Below are positions 22,656 through 32,534 of a stretch of 64,000 bases of DNA, piece after piece. Every line of letters starts with the position of its first letter. Position 1 is the stretch's first letter. Where the stretch lies: IMG/VR virus record IMGVR_UViG_3300014039_000012, positions 32,001-96,000 of that record. One strand, given 5' to 3'. The notes beneath the pieces were generated by a model that saw only the letters and a program-made list of their open reading frames with translations, ran no database searches and had not been told where the DNA came from. Made by a program: the position numbers and the translations under genes. The DNA comes from a virus (taxonomy: Duplodnaviria > Caudoviricetes).

Positions 22656-25600
22656 GTTAGACAGCGCAATATTTTCGGGATCTATATGGAAAATTACGAC
22701 ACATATAAGCAAGCAATTTCCGAAGCCGAAAAAGCAGAAGGTACAGCTGCTCGTAAAATGGAAGCATATAATGAGAGTATTGCTTATAGTATTAATCAGC
22801 TTTCTGCGGCTTGGGAAGGATTTACTCAAAAACTTGAAGCAAGCGGAGCGGTAAAACTTTTCTTCCAATTATTGACCGTAAGTGTAAAAAAATTTGGAAC
22901 AATTCTTTCTCAGGTTTTATCTACCGTCGTCTCTCTTCGTTCTTTCAAGTTGACAACCGACTTAAAACGTCTTGCCGACTTCTTTGGATTTAGTTCTTCT
23001 GAAGGAAAGGGTCGTTTGAGGACTAAGTGGGACAAAACAAAAGCTTGGTTTAGTCCGAACCGTATGACGAAACAAGCGGAACAAGAAAAAGAAAAGTATG
23101 AACAGCAAAGAGCGGACACGAGCGAAAAGAAGTCTCGAAACGAGGTTGTTAATTCTAACAACAAAGTCGTTGATGCATTAAATAGAAATGCCGACGCTCT
23201 TGATAGAAATAGCAATGCTCAAAACGCCAAACAAGCGGCGCAATCTGCGTCTCCGATGTCGGCGTCAAATACTCCTTCCGTTAAATCTTGGGCTACCGAA
23301 TATGGTACTTTAAATGGCAAATATGTCTATAAGACTGTTGATGGAAAATGGAAATACGGAAATAGGCACAATATAGACGATATAAGTATCTCTAATATAA
23401 AATCAATCGCTCCTCCTTCTGGCTCGTCGGCCACTTCAGCTATGAACCAAGTAAACGAACAGGAAGACAGAGTCCCGTCACGTTTTTGGTTGGCTGGACT
23501 ATCTGGGTCAACCATTGTTTCTGGCGGTGGACTTTTTGGAATTCGCGCTTCTGCTGCGAAAAAAGTTCTTTCTATAGACAAGCAGATAGAAGATTTAAAA
23601 AATGGACCCGCTGCATTTGGAAACGAGGACTTAACAAGAGACAGAATTACCGAACTTAAAAATCAAAGAAATAATATTTATAAAAAATATGGATTTTCTG
23701 AAGATGAAGACCTAAATCAAATTATTCAAGATAGACAATTGCGTACTCAAGAACTCAAGGCTAACTGGAAACAGGGCGCAATTCGAGGGGGCGGAACTGG
23801 CTTGGCGGCGGGTATTATTTCCGGAATGTCTGCAGAAGGTGATGTTCAAGATAAATTAGTAGCTGGCGCTACAACCGCTATTACAACCGGATTACTCAGC
23901 GCAATTCCTGGAGTTGGAACAATTCTTGGTCCAATTTTAGGCCCTATTTTGGGTGGATTCTTCGGTAAAGAGATTAATAAACTTCTTAAAGCAGACGAAG
24001 TCGCTCGAAAAAAACGTGTCGAAGATGCTAAAAAGCAGCTTGAAACAATTAAGGGAATCGGAAATTCAGTTACCGGACTAATTGATCTTAACAAAAAAGA
24101 TCAAGCGTTGTGGGATTCTGACGATTGGAAGCAGTTTAATGAGCAAGTTGAAACAATCAATGAGGCTCTTGAAAAGTCAAAACTTGGAGATAGGCTTATT
24201 GATCTGGGAGATAGCACACAAACTCTTTCTGAGTATTTCGAAGAAGCGGCAAGAACTGGAAATAAAGATATGCTTGCCCGCGTCGAAGCAGAAAAGATTC
24301 GTTTTGAGGCGGAAAAGACATACGCAGCAGGAGAACAAGATCGTTATACTCTTCAAAAAGAGATTAACGAGAATCAAAAGAAACTCGCAAATCTTGACGA
24401 CGACGAGATATCGAAAAAGAAAGAACTAACCGCAGCAATTAAGGCTGCAAAAGCAGAAATAGAAGACTACTCCGAAACCCTGAAGAATGGTTATATGGAA
24501 GCATCATTCTACTCTTCTGGTGTTGGCACAATGGAGTCTTATGACATTGGAAACGCAACGCTCGATAGAGTAATTATGCAAATTGCTCGCGAATGGGCAA
24601 AAGACAGCCCGGATATTTTTGCTGGAAATCAATTGACGAGTGATGCCCGTTCTGATATTATTTCGTATCTGCGCGAACAGTCCGGTTATTCTTCGCTGTT
24701 TAAAAATGATACGAAGAATGTTAGAGATATGTTGAATGCGGAAAAGGCTGTTGAGAATCTTAGAACTACTCTCGGCGTGTCTCAAAAACAGCTAAAAGAA
24801 TTTGCTAACAGCAAAGATCTTTCTGAAATTGCTGATAAATTCGGCGCAACTGGGGATGCTCTCTACAAAATTATCGACCAAGTCAACCTTGTTGATGAAG
24901 ATGGAATTTCAACTATCGCTCACGCAATGAATATGACGGTCGAGCAGTTTAGGGAGGCGAACTCCGAAGGCGCATTTGACTGGCTGACTACAGATGTTGC
25001 AATTGGCGGTCTTGATAAACTCAATGAGAAACTCGCGACGTTTAACGAGCTTTTGCTTGCAGCGTCTGAAAATTCTCTATTCTCACAGGAAAACATCAAC
25101 AAGATCGTTAGCCAATATCCAACGCTGCTTAAAAAAATTGACGAAGAAACTGGAAAAATTTCTGTTTCTATGGACAACGTTCAAGAAAATTTGGTCGATA
25201 TTCTTGCCGGAGGAGAAAGTTTACAAAAATTATATACTGGATTTTTTACAAGAAAGATCGCCACGGATGAAGAGACGTGGGAAGTCTTTATCTCCTCCAT
25301 TAGAGAAGATATTGAAAAGGATTCTAATCTTGACGATATAAGGGACGAGATATTTGAACAGACAGATTATTCTGGTTTCTATAAAATTTATGAAGAGAAT
25401 AAAGATGTACTCGAATCTTATAATCAAAGTTTTATTGAATATGCGAAGAGTCTATTTTCAGCAGATGTTTTTGATGCCAGACAAGAAATCCTAACCAAAT
25501 ATGCAACAAATACTCTTGAAACAGAGATTTCTAATCTTGAATCAATTCGAGACTCTCTTGATGAAGTTAACAAACAACGCGAGAAGGAAATTGAATTAAT

Positions 25601-27200
25601 CAAAGCAAAAGAAGCTCTTGAAAATGCATCAAAAGAAAAGAAACGCGTTTATCGTGCCGGTGTAGGATTCGTTTACACAACAGACCAGGAAGCAGTTAAA
25701 TCCGCGCAGGATAAAGTTGACGAACTTGAAAGACAACGAGACAAGGATAATATTCAATACCAAATCGATTCGCTGCAACAACAGAAAGAAATTCTTGAAA
25801 ACATTAAAGACAACGAACAGTTAAAGGCGTTGCAAAAAGAAGCGGAAGAAATACTTGGAGCACTTGGTGTTAATGGAAGCATTGTTACCGCTATTTTAAG
25901 TGAGAGCAAAGAAGAATTTGAAGCAAACATAAAAAAAAATCTTGGTGGAAGTATTGGCGAGGGCGCAGCAGATGTGAATGCGGAGATAGTTTCTGAAACA
26001 GAAAATGAATATTATCGTGCCAAAGCTGAATTAGAAGCATTCCAGCAAGGTAAGGTTATTCTTGGATATAATAAGAAAAAAGATAAGAATGGTAATGAAG
26101 TAGATGATTATACTAGCCCAATAGTAAGGAATATGACAGATAAAGAACTTGAAGCATATGGTGGAATGACACCGGGGCAAGTTTCTCAAAATAAAAATTC
26201 TCCATTTTATTCCGAAGCTAAAAAGGAAGAGGGAAGGCTTATTGGAAATGTGGAAAGTGCTAAAAATAGGTGGGCGGCAGTGGATCCAACAGTAAAAGAT
26301 AAAATTGAAAATCCAACAACTTTATTTGAAAAACAAGATTATAAAACAAGCTTTTTAATGACAAATCCACAAGATAATTATGATAATAAAACGGAGAATG
26401 AGTATGGTTTATTCTCGGTTTCTAATGAACAGATAATAGATATGTCTAATAGAATTGATGGAGATATTAAAAAATTTAGATACGCCTTGCAAAATGCAGA
26501 TGGTACAATCGGGAGTTGGGAAAGTTTTAGTTCTAATGTTGCAAAAGATGGAAGTGTTGAAAAACAAATTTCTGATTTAAAAGGTCCTGTTGTTATTGCA
26601 AATTTAGACGATCGTCCAAATACTGTTTTCTATAAGGGAGCAGATGGTTTGTATTATAAAATGTATGGATATGACAATACAATGAATCAATTTGATGAAG
26701 GCAAGGCCACTGGAAATTCTAAAAAACTTTGGGCTTGGAAATTTATAAATGGAGAGCCTTATATTTTAAATGTTCCATCTGGAGTTTCTACAGAAGCACA
26801 TCAAAGTAATACTAATAAAGGCCGAGAATTGATTGGTTATCCAGAAGCGACTTTTGCTTCCGGTACGCTTTCAGCACCCGGCGGTCGTTCTCTAATCAAC
26901 GAAAACGGTCTTGAATCTATCATAACTCCTTCTGGCACAATCACTTCTCTTCCTGCTAAATCCGGAATCATTCCTGCCGATCTTACTCGCAACTTGTGGG
27001 CTCTCGGCGAGGTTGCTCCTAACCTTATTGCTCGTCTTGGTGGAAATAGTCTTCAGACCAATAATTCTAATTCTTCTACCGACAATTCGATTAATATTCA
27101 GAATCTTGATGCTACGTTTAATACGCAAAGCGACTTCGATGGACATCGCTTCTTGACAGATCTTCGTAATCAAGTTATTTTGACTGCGAATAATCACTAA
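22656..27200 (+). CDS. Exon 2 of tape-measure polyprotein
   Basis: VRQRNIFGIYMENY continues the tape-measure motif; long coiled coil; Gly-rich hydrophobic segment; C-terminal FASGT..INENGLE..IIPADLT typical of tape-measure ends. Confidence 0.85.
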   Translation, partial: VRQRNIFGIYMENYDTYKQAISEAEKAEGTAARKMEAYNESIAYSINQLSAAWEGFTQKLEASGAVKLFFQLLTVSVKKFGTILSQVLSTVVSLRSFKLTTDLKRLADFFGFSSSEGKGRLRTKWDKTKAWFSPNRMTKQAEQEKEKYEQQRADTSEKKSRNEVVNSNNKVVDALNRNADALDRNSNAQNAKQAAQSASPMSASNTPSVKSWATEYGTLNGKYVYKTVDGKWKYGNRHNIDDISISNIKSIAPPSGSSATSAMNQVNEQEDRVPSRFWLAGLSGSTIVSGGGLFGIRASAAKKVLSIDKQIEDLKNGPAAFGNEDLTRDRITELKNQRNNIYKKYGFSEDEDLNQIIQDRQLRTQELKANWKQGAIRGGGTGLAAGIISGMSAEGDVQDKLVAGATTAITTGLLSAIPGVGTILGPILGPILGGFFGKEINKLLKADEVARKKRVEDAKKQLETIKGIGNSVTGLIDLNKKDQALWDSDDWKQFNEQVETINEALEKSKLGDRLIDLGDSTQTLSEYFEEAARTGNKDMLARVEAEKIRFEAEKTYAAGEQDRYTLQKEINENQKKLANLDDDEISKKKELTAAIKAAKAEIEDYSETLKNGYMEASFYSSGVGTMESYDIGNATLDRVIMQIAREWAKDSPDIFAGNQLTSDARSDIISYLREQSGYSSLFKNDTKNVRDMLNAEKAVENLRTTLGVSQKQLKEFANSKDLSEIADKFGATGDALYKIIDQVNLVDEDGISTIAHAMNMTVEQFREANSEGAFDWLTTDVAIGGLDKLNEKLATFNELLLAASENSLFSQENINKIVSQYPTLLKKIDEETGKISVSMDNVQENLVDILAGGESLQKLYTGFFTRKIATDEETWEVFISSIREDIEKDSNLDDIRDEIFEQTDYSGFYKIYEENKDVLESYNQSFIEYAKSLFSADVFDARQEILTKYATNTLETEISNLESIRDSLDEVNKQREKEIELIKAKEALENASKEKKRVYRAGVGFVYTTDQEAVKSAQDKVDELERQRDKDNIQYQIDSLQQQKEILENIKDNEQLKALQKEAEEILGALGVNGSIVTAILSESKEEFEANIKKNLGGSIGEGAADVNAEIVSETENEYYRAKAELEAFQQGKVILGYNKKKDKNGNEVDDYTSPIVRNMTDKELEAYGGMTPGQVSQNKNSPFYSEAKKEEGRLIGNVESAKNRWAAVDPTVKDKIENPTTLFEKQDYKTSFLMTNPQDNYDNKTENEYGLFSVSNEQIIDMSNRIDGDIKKFRYALQNADGTIGSWESFSSNVAKDGSVEKQISDLKGPVVIANLDDRPNTVFYKGADGLYYKMYGYDNTMNQFDEGKATGNSKKLWAWKFINGEPYILNVPSGVSTEAHQSNTNKGRELIGYPEATFASGTLSAPGGRSLINENGLESIITPSGTITSLPAKSGIIPADLTRNLWALGEVAPNLIARLGGNSLQTNNSNSSTDNSINIQNLDATFNTQSDFDGHRFLTDLRNQVILTANNH

Positions 27201-27258
27201 AAACAAAAAGAGGGCTGTGGTGAGAAATTATCATAGCCCTCCATATGTTGGAGGATTT

Positions 27259-27885
27259 ATGAAAAGTAACAAAAAATTAACAATTCTAATTTGGGTTCTT
27301 TCGTTCACTTGGGCACTTCCGACAACTCTTGCTGGATGTGTTGTTGCGTTATATCTACGACTTCGTGGTCATAAACCGCAGAGATTTGGTCCAATTTTCT
27401 ATTTTCCAATTACTGATGATTATGGATTAAATCTCGGTCCTTTTATTCTTGTTCCTAAAAATACTGATTTCTATTTAAATGCGCACGAACTTGGCCACCA
27501 TCTTCAAGCGTGTTTTAGATATGGCCCTTTTACGGTTTTTGTTGTTGCTATTCCGAGTGTTATTCGTTTTTGGTTGAGAGAGCAGAAAACATATGACGGA
27601 AAACTTTTATATGCTTGCTTGCTTGTTATCGCAATTTACATTGTAAGCGCAGTGTTTAGTTGGATTGGATATTTTACTAAAATTCTTGCACTTGCAATTA
27701 TTGGATTGCTTTTGACGATTTATGGGATTTGTATTCAAGTCTGGTTGAATAGATTTGAAGTACCTCGTTATAAAGACGACGAATATCCTTCGTATGATGA
27801 TGCGTGGTTTGAGGGAGATGCAACTAAAAAAGGAACTGATTTTATGAAAAAGTATTATAGCGATGAGGTTAAGAGAAATTGGTAA
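27259..27885 (+). CDS. Membrane protein with HExxH motif (putative zincin-like)
   Basis: SD GGAGG before ATG 27259; AHELGHHLQ; several hydrophobic helices; WFEGDA. Confidence 0.6.
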   Translation: MKSNKKLTILIWVLSFTWALPTTLAGCVVALYLRLRGHKPQRFGPIFYFPITDDYGLNLGPFILVPKNTDFYLNAHELGHHLQACFRYGPFTVFVVAIPSVIRFWLREQKTYDGKLLYACLLVIAIYIVSAVFSWIGYFTKILALAIIGLLLTIYGICIQVWLNRFEVPRYKDDEYPSYDDAWFEGDATKKGTDFMKKYYSDEVKRNW

Positions 27886-28541
27886 AGTATAATTGCAATT
27901 TGTCAAATTATGATTATGTTTTAAGTTTTGATTTGGCAAAGCAAAAAACCGGTTGGGCACTTGTTAATATTAAGTCAAACAGAGTTGAAATGTCTGGGAT
28001 GATTGTTTTAGACGAAAAAGCAAATTCTGTTTGGCTTGATATATACGATAAAATCGTAGCCGTGTTGGAAAGTATTAAAAGACATTGCCAAAATTTAGGA
28101 AAACGATTTTTTGTGTTAAAAGAAAAACTTCCAAATCAGGCTGGTAAATTTACCACAATTGCCTCTCTTCAAGGGCTTGCGCAAGTCCACGCGATTTGGG
28201 AACTTGCTTGTGAAAAATCGGATGTAGAAATTTATGATTTCGACGGCGTTCATTCTGTTAGCGTTAAAGCTTTCTACAAAAGAAAGTACGAGGTCGAGAA
28301 ACCGCAAAAAGAAGATATTGCAAAATTAGTTTGTGAAAATTATTGTTTTGACATTGGAGATAATCCTTTAGATATTACCGACGCAATTGCTTGTGTTCAG
28401 ACATTGACTGAATATAAGTGGAACGAAGATATAAAAGATAAAATCAAAGAACTCAAAAAAGAACAAAAGAATTACAAAACAGATAAAAAGAAAAATCAGA
28501 TCGCCGAAGAAATTCAGCGATTGGAAAGGCTGGAGGAATAA
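27879..28541 (+). CDS. RuvC-like Holliday junction resolvase
   Basis: VLSFDLAKQKTGWA, LKEK and DITDAIAC acidic motifs of the RNase H/RuvC fold. Confidence 0.75.
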   Translation: MVKYNCNLSNYDYVLSFDLAKQKTGWALVNIKSNRVEMSGMIVLDEKANSVWLDIYDKIVAVLESIKRHCQNLGKRFFVLKEKLPNQAGKFTTIASLQGLAQVHAIWELACEKSDVEIYDFDGVHSVSVKAFYKRKYEVEKPQKEDIAKLVCENYCFDIGDNPLDITDAIACVQTLTEYKWNEDIKDKIKELKKEQKNYKTDKKKNQIAEEIQRLERLEE

Positions 28542-28543
28542 TT

Positions 28544-28870
28544 ATGGAAAATATTGGTTTATATTTAGGTATTGGTGCTGTCATTCTCGCCTTTCTTTCG
28601 TATTTTGTGCCGCAAATTATTAAGTTCTGTAAGATGTCTAAGGACGATAAAAGGAAGCTTTTATTAACATATCTTGCAGGGCTTGTAACGATGGCAGAGG
28701 AAAAAATTGGCGCGGGGCACGGTGCGGAGAAGCTGGCAGAGGTTGAAGAATATTTCAAGAAAAATGCCGGTGCATTTTATAAGATGCTGTTAAAGGTGTT
28801 TGGTAAGGAGAATTTGAAAGGTTTGATCGAAGAAGCACTTCAATTGGTTAAAAAGAATTTTGAAAAGTAA
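28544..28870 (+). CDS. Putative holin (LL-H-like)
   Basis: One N-terminal TM helix; LVTMAEEKIGAGHGAEKL motif. Confidence 0.6.
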   Translation: MENIGLYLGIGAVILAFLSYFVPQIIKFCKMSKDDKRKLLLTYLAGLVTMAEEKIGAGHGAEKLAEVEEYFKKNAGAFYKMLLKVFGKENLKGLIEEALQLVKKNFEK

Positions 28871-28894
28871 AATTTTTTGTAAGGAGGAGTCAAA

Positions 28895-29347
28895 ATGATT
28901 TCGCTTTTAAATTTCAAGAAAAACGCTAATAACTACACCGTACTTTTAATGATGGAAAAGTGGGACACGGTCGATATGCTTCCGAATGCCCAAAGACCAC
29001 TTTCTCCAAAATATTATCGAGTAATGACAAATTATGGCGTACCAGCGCTTGGTTCTCTCGCAATCAATTATGCTACTCAAGAGCAGTATATTTATGGTGT
29101 GGATGGGTGGTCGGAGGCAACTCCAGAAGCGGTTCTTGGTATTCTGAATGCTATTGAAAATAAAACTTATGTTCCTGAAAAGGGACTCGATGGTTATAAT
29201 AAGGTAATCGTTAATGTTCCACAACTCGACACGTCTGATGCAACTGCTGTTTCGGCAGATATTCGTTTAGATAAAACGGCGTATGTAAACGGCGAAAAAA
29301 TTACTGGAACTATTGAAGATTATAATGGCGAAAGTCAAAACAACTAA
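28895..29347 (+). CDS. Virion accessory protein (paralogue family with 34183 and 56646)
   Basis: RPLSPKYY...NYGVPALGS; C-terminal TSDATA...TAYVNGEKITGT fibre motif. Confidence 0.65.
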   Translation: MISLLNFKKNANNYTVLLMMEKWDTVDMLPNAQRPLSPKYYRVMTNYGVPALGSLAINYATQEQYIYGVDGWSEATPEAVLGILNAIENKTYVPEKGLDGYNKVIVNVPQLDTSDATAVSADIRLDKTAYVNGEKITGTIEDYNGESQNN

Positions 29348-29365
29348 TTGAAAGGAGAAAATATT

Positions 29366-30553
29366 ATGCAAATTCAACTTAAATCTCAAAATGGCGCAAC
29401 TCTTCTGACGAATGGCAAATATTGCGCAGAAGACATTGAGGTGATTCCCGCACTGCAGGAAAAGACTGTTGACGCAACGACTGCAAGCCAGACCGTTTCT
29501 CCTGACGAAAATTATGCCGGTCTAAGTTCCGTTACCGTAAATGCAATCCAGACACAAACCAAATCCGCAACTCCGAGTACGAGCGCGCAGACAATTAACG
29601 CGGACGTCGGAAAATATCTGACCTCTGTGGCCGTTGCGGCAACCCCGCTGGATCCCGCACAAGAAGTGACCGCTGGAACTACGGACATTTCTGTGGCTCC
29701 GACTGAAGGAAATATCGGTCTTGCGAGCGTCACTGTTCACCCGACTCCGACTGAAACCAAAACGATCGATGCGAATGGTACATTTACTCCGTCTGCTGGT
29801 AAATATTTCAGTTCTGTTACAGTCAATGTAAACACTGCAAAACCGGAGCAGGAAAAGTCAATCGATATTGTTTCAATGGATGCGGTTGAGATTACTCCAG
29901 ACGATGGATATACTCTTTCCAAGGTTACGGCTACTCCTGCGGCGCCGCTTGCGGATACCAGTGATGCAACCGCAAAGGCTGCCGATATTCTGACCGGAAT
30001 TACCGCTTACGTGAACGGTGCAAAGATTACCGGTACTATCGTTAAACAGACGAAGAGTGCGACTCCTAGTACTGCTGCTCAGACCATTACCCCAGACGCC
30101 GGAAACCTTCTGTCGAGCGTGACAGTGACGGCAACGCCTCTTGACGCTGCACAGACGGTAACGGCTGGAACTGCTGCTAAAACCGTTAATCCGACCACTG
30201 GTAAAATTGGTCTTGCAAGTGTTACGATTAATCCGACTCCGAGTTCTGCAAAGACTGCAACTCCGACAAAAGATGAGCAGACAATCTCTCCAGAGGCTGG
30301 ACAACTCCTTTCAAGTGTAACGGTTAATCCGATTCCAGATGAATATATTGTTCCTACTGGTTCACAGACCATTACAGCTAATGGCACCGTTGACGTTACT
30401 GCACTTGCTTCGGTTGTTGTTGCTGTTCCAGATCCCGATCTGAGCGATGCTACTGCTACTGCGGCAAAAATCCTTTCTGGATATACTGCTTATACAGGAG
30501 ATGGAAAAATCACTGGTACGATTCCAACTTATGATGGATCTATTAGAGAATGA
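29366..30553 (+). CDS. Thr/Ala-rich repetitive fibre protein
   Basis: SD AAGGAG; repeated KSATPST..QTI.PD.G..LSSVTV and DATA.A..IL.G.TAY modules. Confidence 0.75.
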   Translation: MQIQLKSQNGATLLTNGKYCAEDIEVIPALQEKTVDATTASQTVSPDENYAGLSSVTVNAIQTQTKSATPSTSAQTINADVGKYLTSVAVAATPLDPAQEVTAGTTDISVAPTEGNIGLASVTVHPTPTETKTIDANGTFTPSAGKYFSSVTVNVNTAKPEQEKSIDIVSMDAVEITPDDGYTLSKVTATPAAPLADTSDATAKAADILTGITAYVNGAKITGTIVKQTKSATPSTAAQTITPDAGNLLSSVTVTATPLDAAQTVTAGTAAKTVNPTTGKIGLASVTINPTPSSAKTATPTKDEQTISPEAGQLLSSVTVNPIPDEYIVPTGSQTITANGTVDVTALASVVVAVPDPDLSDATATAAKILSGYTAYTGDGKITGTIPTYDGSIRE

Positions 30554-30567
30554 TGGGGTAAAATATT

Positions 30568-30981
30568 ATGGCAACAACAAATATTGAACTGAATAAAGCG
30601 TCGGTTACCCTTGCTACGCAAGGGACTTATTGCACCAATGATATTTTGGTTACCGCGAAATTGCAGGAAAAAACAACAACCGCCGGGCTTTCTGCGGTTT
30701 CTGTTTCTCCTGATGCTAATTACGCTGGATTGAGTAAGGTAACTGTTAATCCAACTCCATCGAGCTCTAAAACAACAACTGTAAATGGAACAGTAAATCC
30801 TGATTCTGGCAAATTGCTTTCGAGTGTTGTTGTAAATGTTCCCCCTTATGTACAAGATGTTGCAACTGCAGCAGAAATGGCCACTAATCTTGTTTCTGCA
30901 AATGTTGGAAGAGCGTATAGGTTTGTGGGGACAACTGATAGCACTTATACAAACGGAGATATTTACGTTGTGGAGGGATGA
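30568..30981 (+). CDS. Short fibre protein related to 29366-30553
   Basis: TL.T.G.YC..DI.V...LQEKT N-terminus shared with the previous gene. Confidence 0.7.
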   Translation: MATTNIELNKASVTLATQGTYCTNDILVTAKLQEKTTTAGLSAVSVSPDANYAGLSKVTVNPTPSSSKTTTVNGTVNPDSGKLLSSVVVNVPPYVQDVATAAEMATNLVSANVGRAYRFVGTTDSTYTNGDIYVVEG

Positions 30982-30984
30982 TAA

Positions 30985-31224
30985 ATGGATGAAACTAAAA
31001 GAGTTCCAGAACTTCCAACATATAAAAGATATTATAAAAATGAATCTTTAATTGGTACGGGAGCATACAAATACAGAAGATATTCCACAGAACAACCAAA
31101 ACTTACAGCACCTACTAATTTAAGTATCAGCGGAAACGTTTTAAGTTTTGATTCAGTTGAAGGTGCAACGAGTTATAATATCTTAGCAGATGGAACAAGC
31201 ATTGGGGTATATGTTCCGTCATAA
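30985..31224 (+). CDS. 79-aa protein: basic Tyr-rich peptide plus half Fn3-like module
   Basis: C-terminal 44 aa nearly identical to the end of 3208-6138. Confidence 0.7.
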   Translation: MDETKRVPELPTYKRYYKNESLIGTGAYKYRRYSTEQPKLTAPTNLSISGNVLSFDSVEGATSYNILADGTSIGVYVPS

Positions 31225-31228
31225 ATTA
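31138..31228 (+). repeat. 91-bp perfect direct repeat, copy B
   Basis: Identical to 6052-6142. Confidence 0.95.
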
Positions 31229-31329
31229 GTTCACAACAGAATATTTTGGTACTTGAATCTCAATAAACCCTCATCAAGCGGTAGTATAGGTTAGACCGCT
31301 TTGATTAAAAAAGAAAGGAGCCCTGAAGC

Positions 31330-32511
31330 TTGAAGATTAAATTTTCAATTGGTCCTGGTAACACTCTTAAGACTGGAGTTTCTGGGACTTCGGAATCATT
31401 AAATTTGCAATATATTAAATCAAATTTTTTCTACGTTTCCACTTCGGAAAACGGCATTGCTCCACGAGCAGATAACGGGGCTCCTGAAAAAATTGAAAAT
31501 GCAAATATTTTAGACGTTCTTGATGAGAATCTCCGTGCTGTTCTTGGTATTTTTAATTTTGAAAATGTTCGAGGAACAGATGGTCAATTAATGACCACGG
31601 CAGCAGCACAGGGCGTATCTAATGCAGACCAGTCTCTATATTCAATTTCTGTTTATAAAAAAGAAATTTGGTACGATCGAGAAACTGGAAAACCAATGGA
31701 GCAAGATGTTTGGACTCCGGTTGCGTTAGAGGAGGCTTCGAGCGTAATTCGAGATTTCAATATTGGGAATGGTCGTTATTATAAATATGTTTTCCGACTC
31801 GTAGAAAATATGGTCGGCGGTGGAGTTGAATATCAGTCTGGAATTATTGTTCCAATCAAAACTAGTTGGCAAGGTTGGTCAATTGTGGAACTTCACGAAA
31901 CCGATAATCCAAAAGTGTTTACTGCTGCTCCAAAAGATGTTTGGAAATTTAAATATAATGTTTCTACGGGAGCACAAACGCAGAATATTTCTAAAACACA
32001 ACAAGATACATTGTCTCGTTATCCGATATTTAGCCACGGTGTGAAAAATGCGGTTAGCGGTAGCGTAACGTGTTTATTGGGTCGAGAAATGATTAACGCC
32101 AATTATACTAATAAAGAATGGGTATATTCACAAGATCCAAATACAACCGAACCGAGTTTGATTTGGCAAGAAACTTATGGAACAACAAAAAATCTTGGTG
32201 GCTATAAAGAACGTCTTGGAAGAACACAATCTGCTTGCGGGTCTAACGTGGATTATCTTTCCGCATCTGTTCTTGGATTTAGAAATCTAACGTCTAACGA
32301 GGCGGTAGATATGTTGGACAAATGGCGTGATGTTTGTTATTCTGGAAATCCGAAACTTTTGAGGGATGAAAAAGGACAGACGTTTATTATTCAAATTACC
32401 GATCCAACAAATACAACAAACGAAACTTGGGATAGACAACCAGAAGAAATTTCGTTTAACTGGATTGAAATTGCGGACGCAAAAGATTGTCGCGTAATCC
32501 AATCTGATTAA
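31330..32511 (+). CDS. Tail/baseplate structural protein (distal-tail-like)
   Basis: SD AAGGAG plus TTG start; WKFKYNV..QN.SKT..DTLSRYP and PKLLRDEKG motifs; next to a hub-like gene. Confidence 0.5.
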   Translation: MKIKFSIGPGNTLKTGVSGTSESLNLQYIKSNFFYVSTSENGIAPRADNGAPEKIENANILDVLDENLRAVLGIFNFENVRGTDGQLMTTAAAQGVSNADQSLYSISVYKKEIWYDRETGKPMEQDVWTPVALEEASSVIRDFNIGNGRYYKYVFRLVENMVGGGVEYQSGIIVPIKTSWQGWSIVELHETDNPKVFTAAPKDVWKFKYNVSTGAQTQNISKTQQDTLSRYPIFSHGVKNAVSGSVTCLLGREMINANYTNKEWVYSQDPNTTEPSLIWQETYGTTKNLGGYKERLGRTQSACGSNVDYLSASVLGFRNLTSNEAVDMLDKWRDVCYSGNPKLLRDEKGQTFIIQITDPTNTTNETWDRQPEEISFNWIEIADAKDCRVIQSD

Positions 32512-32534
32512 AATAATACAAGGAGGCGGCGTCA

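Noticed and set aside
22260-22686. Tape measure encoded as two independent genes (15177-22409 and 22686-27200)
   Set aside because: The gap has group I intron core elements, and its removal restores a continuous conserved motif.
6052-31228. Diversity-generating retroelement TR/VR pair suggested by the repeat and Mtd_N domains
   Set aside because: Mismatches include C/T changes and are not adenine-specific; no reverse transcriptase in the window.
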